Below, piece after piece: positions 18,429 through 26,966 of a stretch of 64,000 bases of DNA. The translations under genes and the position numbers were made by a program. A model generated the notes under the pieces. The model saw only the letters and a list, made by a program, of their open reading frames with translations. It made no database searches and had not been told where the DNA came from. Each line of letters begins with the position of its first letter. The stretch's first letter is position 1. The stretch comes from Candidatus Latescibacterota bacterium (GTDB lineage Bacteria > Latescibacterota > UBA2968 > UBA8231), in contig OZ241889.1 in assembly GCA_965203355.1 (NCBI GenBank), forward strand, positions 3,936,001 to 4,000,000, read 5' to 3'.

Positions 18429-21400
18429 ATGCCTAAGTTCGCGATACAGTGGATGGCCTTCGGCTGGATTTTAGTCGGCGCAGCACCGGCTTGGACCGAA
18501 GTCGATTTTGCTGAATTGGCGCACGCGGCCCCGGTCGAGCGCGTCCGGCAGACAATGGACACTTTTGCCGGCTTGGGGTCTAGAGTCGCCGGCTATCGAG
18601 GTGCCGACCAAGCAGCCCAGATCGTGCAGGAACGCTTCCGCGCCATCGGCCTCGCCGACGTTACAGTCCACGAATACGATGTCTCTATTCCGGTCGATAA
18701 GGGCGGATTTCTGCAAGTAGTTGGCAGCGACGAACAAGTGCCCATCCACGGCCTGTGGCCCAACCTCGTCAAAACCTCGACGCTGCCCGAAGGCGGGGTG
18801 ACCAAGCGCTTGATTGACGCGGGCGCGGGTGAGTACGCAGACATGGACGGCAAGCAAGTCGAGGGGGCCGTGGCCCTGATGGACTTCAACTCGGGCGACG
18901 CTTGGCTCAATGCTGCTTATCTCGGGGCGCAAGCTATCATCTTTATCGAGCCGGACTCCACTGTGTACTTGGAGGGCGAAAAGAAATTTCTCTCCATGCC
19001 GCTCGACCTGCCGAGGTTTTGGGTCAATCGCCAAGTCGGTCAGCGCTTGCGTCGCCAGTTGGCAACCGAGGGAGAGCAAACGCTCCATCTACAGTACCGC
19101 ATGGATTGGGAGCGGCGTCCTGCTTGGAATATCCTCGGCACGATCCCCGGATACGATCCTTTGCTAAAAGAAGACGTGATCGTGCTAGAGGCGTACTACG
19201 ACGCCATGTCCGTTGTTCCGGCCCTTGCCCCAGGGGCCGAGCAAGCCTCCGGCATTACTGCGCTGTTGGAACTGGCGCGCTATTTCCGCGAAAATCCACC
19301 GGCGCGCACGGTCGTATTCCTCGCCACCTCGGCCCACCACCTAGGCTTGCGCGGGGTTGATGACTTCATCCAGCGCTATTTGCGCAAAGAGGACCCGTTC
19401 ATCGAGCACATGCTAGTGAGGCGGGTCGTCGATGCTGCTCTCGCGCGGAACATGATCGCCCAAGACGGCATCCACTACGCCATCGGCGAGGAGCAGTTCA
19501 CCGGTAAGGAAGCCCTGGTGCGGGGCGTTGCCGAAGGGCGCACCGACTTGGCCGAGCGCGTTGCCGACGCGGCCTTCGCCGAAGGCCTACTGAGCCAAGA
19601 AGGAGGCGCACTACACCTCGCCGACGAGCAATTCAAAGATCACCGCGCGCTAGTGGACGAACTGCGCTCGGACGACGACTTGCGACTCGAGCTCTTCAAA
19701 ACTTGGGTCGATCCCAAAGTCGATTCGCTCGCGGTCAAGCTCTTTATCAGCCTCGACCTTTCGTCGCAGACCGACGAACTCGGAGTGTGGAATAGCAATA
19801 CCAGCTTTTACTACAAGCGATACTTCGCGCCCTTCGGCAAGAACTTCATGGCCTATGCGCGCAAGATCAGCCGCGCGTTGGATTACCAGCGACGCGATGT
19901 ACTGGTCAATGGCATTAGTCCCGAAGGCGGGATGAGCTGGCAGACCTTTGTACCGGGTGAAATATCGGTCAACAGCGAATTGGTGTTGGCGACCGGTACG
20001 CCGGCATTGGCTTTTGTCACGGTCAACGACGCGCGCTTTCTCGTCGATACGCCCTTAGACCGGGCCGAGCACGTCAACTACGCCAATCTCGCCAAACAGA
20101 TCCGGGTGCTCGCTGGCATGTTCGAGATGGCCTTTGAAGACCCAGAGCTTTTCCCGGACTTCAAGATGCGCTTGCGCGACACGCTGCGCTCGCTGCGCGG
20201 CCGGACCATGGTTTTTCCGCGCCGCAGCATCATCCCCGACCTGCCGCGTACAGACGCCGTAGCCGTGGTGCGCAACGGCAAGAAAAAGTCGTATAAAGGC
20301 GTGCGCGGCGAGTACTACGAAGTCGTCGATGACAAAGGAGCCTTCTACGTAAATCGGGTGCGGGTCAACAACGTGCAGATCGAGGGCTACTACATGGACC
20401 CGATCACCGGCCGCATCACCTACGCCCCCGACCGCGGCGTGCAAGGCGACGAAAGCTACCCCATGCGGGTCGCCATGGACTGGCGCGACAAGCAATGGAT
20501 GGTCATCCTCTTCCCCTGCGTGCCCTACAATTTCTTCGACATCGTCGATCCGCGCTATTTGACCAAGCTGTCCAACGTGCAGGTCTTCGACGAGACCAAC
20601 AGCGCACCCGTGGAGTACGGTTATACCATCGGCGAAGGCCCCTCGGCCCAAAACGAGCCGGTCGGGGTGCTCTTTGCGCGGCCCGGTTCGCACATCAAGA
20701 TGGGGTTCGGGGCTGGCCTGCTGGGATTCCGCTCGCTCCTGCTCAACGCCACCAGCGTAACCGACAAGGAAAAAGCCGAGGGCGAGGGTTTTGAGATTCG
20801 CCCCGGCACTTCCTTTGCCCGCACGACCTTTCAAGCCGCCCAAGACATGTGGAATCTCAACGAGTCGCGCATGCGCGAGTTGCGGAGCTTTGCCATTGAA
20901 AACCAGCGCCTCAACGACCTCCACTACCGAGCCGAAGCCGAGTTAGCCCAAGCCGCCGAGGCCGAGGCCGAGCAGCGCTGGGGCGATTTCGTGCGCCACA
21001 CGCGCGCGGCCTTCGGGCTGGAGTCGCGTGCCTACCCAGACGTCAAATCCACTCAAAACGACGTCGTTCAGGGCATTATCTTCTTCATGGCCCTTGTCAT
21101 TCCCTGCGCCTTTTTCACCGAGCGGCTCATTTTTACGGCCGCCACGATCCGCAATCAAATCATCGGCTTTTCCGGGGTTTTCCTAGCGATCTGGATCGTG
21201 TTGTGGCTGGTGCATCCGGCCTTTCAACTATCCAATCCCTTCGTCATCCTGCTTGCTTTCATCATCATCGCCTTGGCCCTGCTGGTGATGTCGATCATCT
21301 CCGGCCGTTTCAACGAACAGATGAAGAAGCTGCGCACCGAGGTAGCCGTGATCCACGACACGGACGTCAGCCGCTCTTCGGCCTCGCTGACGGCCTTCCA

Positions 21401-23180
21401 GCTTGGGATTTCCAACATGAAGCGGCGCAAGACGCGCACGATGCTCACCTTTACCACGCTCTTGCTGCTGACGTTTACGGTGCTCTCTTTCACCTCCATC
21501 CGCACGGGCTTGCGGTTCAACCAAATCAGCCGCGACAACGAGGGTCTCTACGAGGGCATCCTCATCCGCAGTAAGGCGTGGAATCCCATGGAGGATTCGG
21601 TCCTCGAATACGCCCGCAGCAATTTCGGCGATCGCGCCGCAATCGCGCCGCGCAGTTGGTACAGCAACAAAGCCAAAGCACACATCAAAATAAAGCACGG
21701 GGAAAAGGCCCATAACGCGCTCGGCGTCCTAGGTTTAGCGCCCGAGGAAACTCAGGTCACTCGGCTCAACCAAGCCCTAGTTGCCGGGCGCTGGTTTGAA
21801 CCGGGCGAAGACAAGGTCTGCATCCTGCCCATCGACATGGTTAAAGAAGCTCATCTCGATGTCGATTTGGCCGACATTGGCCAAGCGCAAGTAAGGGTCT
21901 TCGGCAACTTGTTCACGGTGGTCGGCGTCATCGACTCTAAGCGCATGAAGGACCTCAAAGACCTCGACGACGAGATCCTAACACCGGCCGACTTCGCCGT
22001 CACCGGTGGCCAAGCGGTGCAGGAAATAGCCGAGGAAGAACAGCGCGAAAAGCAAGGGCTGGAGGACGCTAAGGTCGTCGTCAAGCCCTTCGTCCACATA
22101 GAGCCAGCCAACACCCTGATTATTCCCTACCATACGCTGCGCAACATCGGCAGTGGTAATCCCTTGCAGTCGGTAGCCGTGCGCTTCCCGGAAAGCAGTG
22201 ATGTACGCGGCGAGGTTGAGGAGTTCCTCTCGCGCCTCGCCGTGACGCTGTTCGCCGGCGTCAAGGAGGCTGGCGACGAATACATCAAGGTGTCGATCTA
22301 CTCGTCGCTGGGCATGACCTCCTTTTCCGGGATGAGCAACTTGTTCATCCCCATGCTGATTGCCTCGCTTATCGTACTCAACACCATGATGGGCAGCGTG
22401 TACGAGCGCTTCCGCGAGATCGGTATTTACTCTTCGGTCGGCCTAGCCCCGGGCCATATCTCTTGGCTCTTTATCGCCGAGAGTTGCGTCTATTCGGTGC
22501 TGGGCGTAGTCGCCGGTTATCTCAGCGGCCAAGTAATCGCCAAAGTGCTCATCGAATCGGACCTTTTGGGCGGCTTCACGCTCAACTACTCCTCGGTCGC
22601 CGCGGTGCTTTCCTGTATGCTGGTGATGGCCGTGGTCATGCTCTCGACGATTTATCCAGCGCGCAAGGCTTCGCAGATGGCCGTGCCAGACGTGACCCGC
22701 AAGTGGAAATTGCCAACGCCCGACGGCGACCAGTGGGATTTCGAGTTCCCCTTTACAGTCAGCGGCCACGAGGTCTTGGGCTTGAGCGTGTTCCTCATCG
22801 GCTACTTCGACTCCTACAGCGAAGAGTCCATCGGCACCTTCTATACCGACGGTGCCCAGCTAAGCCGCGAAGGAACGCCCAACGGCGAAGGATACATTAT
22901 CGACATGAATATCTGGCTGGCCCCTTTCGACTTGGGCGTCAGCCAACACGTCACCGTGCGGGCCATGCCAGAGGCCGAGCACAATATTTACGCGGTCAGC
23001 CTACAAATCAAGCGACTCAGCGGCGAGGACGCCTCGTGGCGGCGGGTCAACCAGCGCTTCATGAACGTCATCCGCAAACAGTTCCTCATCTGGCGCACGG
23101 TGGATACCGAGGCCAAGGAAGGCTATCGCCAACAGGGCGCGGAAATTCTGCAAGGGCTGCGCAGCGAAGTGTCGGCGTAA
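18429..23180 (+). CDS. Giant fusion: PA/M28-like ectodomain + TM bundle + MacB-type periplasmic core + FtsX permease + C-terminal domain
   Basis: Signal peptide; SRVAGYRG and NILGTIPG; EAYYD..APGAEQASG..LLELAR; SNMKRRKTRTMLT; GSVYERFREIGIYSSVGLAP..FIAES; IYPARKAS. Confidence 0.85.
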   Translation: MPKFAIQWMAFGWILVGAAPAWTEVDFAELAHAAPVERVRQTMDTFAGLGSRVAGYRGADQAAQIVQERFRAIGLADVTVHEYDVSIPVDKGGFLQVVGSDEQVPIHGLWPNLVKTSTLPEGGVTKRLIDAGAGEYADMDGKQVEGAVALMDFNSGDAWLNAAYLGAQAIIFIEPDSTVYLEGEKKFLSMPLDLPRFWVNRQVGQRLRRQLATEGEQTLHLQYRMDWERRPAWNILGTIPGYDPLLKEDVIVLEAYYDAMSVVPALAPGAEQASGITALLELARYFRENPPARTVVFLATSAHHLGLRGVDDFIQRYLRKEDPFIEHMLVRRVVDAALARNMIAQDGIHYAIGEEQFTGKEALVRGVAEGRTDLAERVADAAFAEGLLSQEGGALHLADEQFKDHRALVDELRSDDDLRLELFKTWVDPKVDSLAVKLFISLDLSSQTDELGVWNSNTSFYYKRYFAPFGKNFMAYARKISRALDYQRRDVLVNGISPEGGMSWQTFVPGEISVNSELVLATGTPALAFVTVNDARFLVDTPLDRAEHVNYANLAKQIRVLAGMFEMAFEDPELFPDFKMRLRDTLRSLRGRTMVFPRRSIIPDLPRTDAVAVVRNGKKKSYKGVRGEYYEVVDDKGAFYVNRVRVNNVQIEGYYMDPITGRITYAPDRGVQGDESYPMRVAMDWRDKQWMVILFPCVPYNFFDIVDPRYLTKLSNVQVFDETNSAPVEYGYTIGEGPSAQNEPVGVLFARPGSHIKMGFGAGLLGFRSLLLNATSVTDKEKAEGEGFEIRPGTSFARTTFQAAQDMWNLNESRMRELRSFAIENQRLNDLHYRAEAELAQAAEAEAEQRWGDFVRHTRAAFGLESRAYPDVKSTQNDVVQGIIFFMALVIPCAFFTERLIFTAATIRNQIIGFSGVFLAIWIVLWLVHPAFQLSNPFVILLAFIIIALALLVMSIISGRFNEQMKKLRTEVAVIHDTDVSRSSASLTAFQLGISNMKRRKTRTMLTFTTLLLLTFTVLSFTSIRTGLRFNQISRDNEGLYEGILIRSKAWNPMEDSVLEYARSNFGDRAAIAPRSWYSNKAKAHIKIKHGEKAHNALGVLGLAPEETQVTRLNQALVAGRWFEPGEDKVCILPIDMVKEAHLDVDLADIGQAQVRVFGNLFTVVGVIDSKRMKDLKDLDDEILTPADFAVTGGQAVQEIAEEEQREKQGLEDAKVVVKPFVHIEPANTLIIPYHTLRNIGSGNPLQSVAVRFPESSDVRGEVEEFLSRLAVTLFAGVKEAGDEYIKVSIYSSLGMTSFSGMSNLFIPMLIASLIVLNTMMGSVYERFREIGIYSSVGLAPGHISWLFIAESCVYSVLGVVAGYLSGQVIAKVLIESDLLGGFTLNYSSVAAVLSCMLVMAVVMLSTIYPARKASQMAVPDVTRKWKLPTPDGDQWDFEFPFTVSGHEVLGLSVFLIGYFDSYSEESIGTFYTDGAQLSREGTPNGEGYIIDMNIWLAPFDLGVSQHVTVRAMPEAEHNIYAVSLQIKRLSGEDASWRRVNQRFMNVIRKQFLIWRTVDTEAKEGYRQQGAEILQGLRSEVSA

Positions 23181-23193
23181 GGGAGGATAGCGA

Positions 23194-25617
23194 GTGCTCG
23201 GAAGGAAAAATAGAAACCCGAACCAAGAGATAGAAGAATATCGGGATCTAATGCAGGTCCCGGACCGCTTCGAGAACGGCTTTACGATCAAGGCTATACT
23301 CGGTGTGTTCTTCGTCGCCTTCATCATGGTGCCGGGCAACATGTACTTAAGCCTGATGATCGGCGGCTCTTTGGGGGCCGCGGCCGAGTGGGTGACCATC
23401 ATCCTCTTCGCCGAAATCACCAAGCGCTCCTTCTCCTCCCTCCGGCGCCAAGAAGTCTATGTGTTGTTCTACGTGGCTTCCTCGCTGATCGCCGCGGAGA
23501 CCGGCGCCTTTGAGGGCTTGCTCTACAACCAGTACTTGGTGCAATCGCCGGCGGCCAAGCAGTTCGGCATAACCAATCTGATCCCCACTTGGGTGGCGCC
23601 GCCGGCCGACTCCCTCGCCATCATCGAGCGCACCTTCCTGCACTCGGATTGGGCGATGCCGATCGTCCTCCTAGTCTTGGGGATGATCATCTCGCGCATC
23701 AACTGGTTCACGATGTCGTACGCGCTCTTCCGGCTTAGTTCCGACTACGAGCGCCTGCCCTTTCCCTTCGCGCCCGTAAACGCCCAAGGAGCTACGGCAC
23801 TGGCCGAGACCACCCAAGGGGTTGAGACGTGGCGCTGGCGCGTATTTTCGGCCGGGGCGATGATCGGCTTGGTCTTTGGCACGATCTACGTGGCCCTGCC
23901 GGCGATTACGGGCGCACTGCTGACCGAGCCGATCCAACTCATACCCATTCCCTTTATCGATTTCACGCAAGTTACCGGCAACTTCATCCCGGCCACTCCG
24001 CTGGGATTTTCTGCACACTTGGGGCCGGTGTTCACCGGGCTAGTGGTCCCATTCTGGGGCGTGGTCGGCACCTTTATCGGCGTGGTCGTCGCCTCAATCG
24101 CCAATCCGCTGCTCTATACTTGGACGCCGCCGTGGCGCGAGGACGAGGGGCCTTACCTGAACTTGTGGCAGCAAGGCATGGGCACGGTCGAGACCTTTTT
24201 CGTCAACAACGTCGATTTCTGGATGAGTTTCGGCATCGGCACCACCATCGCCATCGCCGTCATCGGCATCTATCAGGTGTTTCAGAGCGTGCGCAGTGCT
24301 AGGGCCAACGCCGGGAATGAAGGCGAGCCCAAGCGCAGTTTCGCCACGCCAGTGGGCCGGGGCGATTTCCCCATCTGGCTGGCGCTGGCCCTATACGCCT
24401 TGGCCACGGCTGGCCTGATAGGCATCGCCGCTTGGCTGCTGCCGGGCATTGCCCAATTTATATGGTTTTTCCTCTTTTTTGGTTTTGTATTTACGCCCTT
24501 TCAATCCTTTGTCAACGCCCGCCTAGTCGGGATGGTGGGGCAGACGGTGGACATCCCCTTCGTGCGCGAGGCCACGATTATCTTCTCTGGGTATCGCGGC
24601 GTTGACATCTGGTTCATTCCGTTTCCCTTGGGCAACTACGGTGCCCAAACCATGAAGTTCCGCGAAATCGAACTGACCGGCACCCAGTTTACTAGCATCA
24701 TCCGCGCCGAGATTTTCATGGTGCCCATCGTGCTCTTTACCAGTTTTCTCTACGGCTCCTATATCTGGAAACTGGCACCGATCCCCTCGGCCTCCTATCC
24801 CTATGCCCAGCTAATCTGGCGGCTGCGCGCCTACCAGCAATGCCTCTTTATCACCGGCACCATGCGCAGCGAACTAGCCATAGACAATGATCGGGCGGGA
24901 TGGACCCCGGCTAACCTGATTGAAAACGAGTGGTGGTACTGGCGGGTGCGGCTAGTGGATCAGGAGTGGCTGGATTCCAACGGCAAGCGCGGCCAAGTCG
25001 GTCGGTGGATGCCGACCCAAGTTTTCTACTCGTACTTCGAGCAAGGGGCGCCCGACATCGTCGCCGAGCGCTATCTGCGCGACGACCCGCTATCTGAGGA
25101 AGTTGTCGAGGGGCTACCGGCCATTGCGCCACTAAGGCCGACTATGGACGCCGTCATCCGCACCCCCCGCCCGACGCTCGAAGTGCAGGTTGAGCGGGCC
25201 GTGCCAGCGGGATGGTCCTTCTACTTTGAAGTGGATACCGATCCGCTCTTTACCAGCTCTTGGATCCAGCGTTCCACCGATGAGCCTTGGCTCTTTAAGG
25301 CCCTGAAAGAAGAGGTCATCGCCTTTGGTGCTGTCTTTGGGCTGGTGAGTTTCATTCTGCTGTCCATTCTCGGGCTGCCGATCCTGCTGATCTTTGGCTT
25401 CGTGCGCTCGCTGACGACCTTGCCGCATTTCGTGGTGACTGAGATCGTCGGTGCGCTCTTGGCCCGCTACTACTTTTGGAACAAGTACGGGCGGCAGGAA
25501 TGGCGGCAGTTTGCCCCCATTCTGGCCGTGGGCTTTTCCTGCGGCATGGCATTGATGGGGATGGCGTCGGTGGGGATCGCCCTGATCCAGAAATCGGTCT
25601 CCGTGTTGATCTTTTAG
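23194..25617 (+). CDS. OPT-superfamily-like multi-pass membrane protein with an extracytoplasmic insertion
   Basis: 807 aa, many TM segments, ERLPFPFAPV motif, IPSASYPYAQLIW; GTG start with GGGAGG RBS. Confidence 0.72.
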   Translation: MLGRKNRNPNQEIEEYRDLMQVPDRFENGFTIKAILGVFFVAFIMVPGNMYLSLMIGGSLGAAAEWVTIILFAEITKRSFSSLRRQEVYVLFYVASSLIAAETGAFEGLLYNQYLVQSPAAKQFGITNLIPTWVAPPADSLAIIERTFLHSDWAMPIVLLVLGMIISRINWFTMSYALFRLSSDYERLPFPFAPVNAQGATALAETTQGVETWRWRVFSAGAMIGLVFGTIYVALPAITGALLTEPIQLIPIPFIDFTQVTGNFIPATPLGFSAHLGPVFTGLVVPFWGVVGTFIGVVVASIANPLLYTWTPPWREDEGPYLNLWQQGMGTVETFFVNNVDFWMSFGIGTTIAIAVIGIYQVFQSVRSARANAGNEGEPKRSFATPVGRGDFPIWLALALYALATAGLIGIAAWLLPGIAQFIWFFLFFGFVFTPFQSFVNARLVGMVGQTVDIPFVREATIIFSGYRGVDIWFIPFPLGNYGAQTMKFREIELTGTQFTSIIRAEIFMVPIVLFTSFLYGSYIWKLAPIPSASYPYAQLIWRLRAYQQCLFITGTMRSELAIDNDRAGWTPANLIENEWWYWRVRLVDQEWLDSNGKRGQVGRWMPTQVFYSYFEQGAPDIVAERYLRDDPLSEEVVEGLPAIAPLRPTMDAVIRTPRPTLEVQVERAVPAGWSFYFEVDTDPLFTSSWIQRSTDEPWLFKALKEEVIAFGAVFGLVSFILLSILGLPILLIFGFVRSLTTLPHFVVTEIVGALLARYYFWNKYGRQEWRQFAPILAVGFSCGMALMGMASVGIALIQKSVSVLIF

Positions 25618-25618
25618 C

Positions 25619-26611
25619 ATGAGCGGCTCGGTGGATTTCGCTTGGCAAGGGTTGCGGCTGTCCGTGCCCGACGATTGGAACCTCGGCCGAGTTGACGGGG
25701 ATTTTGAAAAGGGCTATGCCCGCCTCGACGACGCCGAAATCGTCCGCGCCGAGATCGAATGGCGGCGGCTCAAAGGCCGCGGCGAAGCCCTGCGTCTGAC
25801 CGAGTTGGTAGATCGCTATCTGGCCAACTTGCGAAAGAAGGCCCAAAAGGTCGATGCTCCCTTTGAGGTTCAACGCCGCGCCCGATTCCTCAAAAACAAG
25901 AAGTTCCTCGCCGGCCGCGAATACGAGGTCTTCACTTGGGAGGCCGACTTCCGCGCGTACAACCTAGCACTCGCCTTAGAGTCCGGGCGCGTAGTGCTCC
26001 TGAGAGTGCTGGCCAAGTTAGACGAGTTTTTGCCCGAGCAAGCCGAGGCCGTGTTCAGCTCGCTCGTCGATCAAGAAGGCGAGGCCGCGCATCTGTGGAG
26101 CGTGTATGGCTTGCGGTTCTTCGCGCCCAACGACCTCAAGCTACAAAGCCACTCCCTCAAGTCGGGCCACATCGAGCTAGCGTTTTCCCTCGGCAAACAA
26201 GTTCTAAAGGTACATCGTTTGAGTATGGCCCGGATCATGCTCAAAGACGCGCACATTCAAGACTGGTATCCAGTTTTTTTTAAGAAGCAATTGCGCGATT
26301 TCGTGGTGGATATTACTCCAGAAGCCGTGCGGGAACACGAGGGCATTCGCATCGAGGGGCGGCCGCGCAGCCGCTGGCGTCAACTACTGCGACCCCTGCC
26401 CTTTATGAACCCGAGGCCGCGCCTGTACATGCGGGGGCGCGTCTGGCGCGATACCAGCATCGACAAAATCGCCATCGTCGAGCACCTCTATCGCAAAAAA
26501 AACGCAGCAGACGATCTAGTCGCCAAGGTAGTAGATGGGCATTTTATCGAAAAACAAGGGACCCAAGCTGAGTCGGGCCGCCATGCTGGCGTCGCGGCCA
26601 ACGCGCAATGA
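25619..26611 (+). CDS. Conserved hypothetical soluble protein with an internal two-fold repeat
   Basis: 330-aa ORF starting 1 nt after the upstream stop; repeats FAWQGLRLSVPDDW and WSVYGLRFFAPNDL. Confidence 0.7.
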   Translation: MSGSVDFAWQGLRLSVPDDWNLGRVDGDFEKGYARLDDAEIVRAEIEWRRLKGRGEALRLTELVDRYLANLRKKAQKVDAPFEVQRRARFLKNKKFLAGREYEVFTWEADFRAYNLALALESGRVVLLRVLAKLDEFLPEQAEAVFSSLVDQEGEAAHLWSVYGLRFFAPNDLKLQSHSLKSGHIELAFSLGKQVLKVHRLSMARIMLKDAHIQDWYPVFFKKQLRDFVVDITPEAVREHEGIRIEGRPRSRWRQLLRPLPFMNPRPRLYMRGRVWRDTSIDKIAIVEHLYRKKNAADDLVAKVVDGHFIEKQGTQAESGRHAGVAANAQ

Positions 26612-26966
26612 GTCCCTGCACTGGGAAAACAACGACAACGGCGAGGTCCAGGTCTCAATAAAGCGCCAAGATACCTATAAGGTGCGGTTGTTGTCCAAGT
26701 TTTTCTACATTCCCAAGCAGCGCAAAATCACCCTCGACGAGGTCGGCAGCGAGGTCTGGCGGATGTGCAATGGCCGCAACTCGGTCGGCAGGATGATCGA
26801 GGAACTCAGCGACAAGTACCAACTCAATCGCAAGGAGGCCGAGGTCTCCCTGCTCCAGTATTTGAAGACCCTTGGGCAGAAGCGCTTTATCGGTTTTGTG
26901 TTAGAAAGCGACGAGAGGCCACCCGGTCGCGGCGCGGCCAGCGGAAAAAAATGGCAAAAAAAATAA
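26535..26966 (+). CDS. PqqD-family (RiPP recognition element-like) protein
   Basis: ITLDEVGSEVWRMCNGRNSVGRMIEELSDKYQL..EAEVSLLQYLKTLGQKRFI winged-helix RRE pattern. Confidence 0.85.
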   Translation: MGILSKNKGPKLSRAAMLASRPTRNESLHWENNDNGEVQVSIKRQDTYKVRLLSKFFYIPKQRKITLDEVGSEVWRMCNGRNSVGRMIEELSDKYQLNRKEAEVSLLQYLKTLGQKRFIGFVLESDERPPGRGAASGKKWQKK

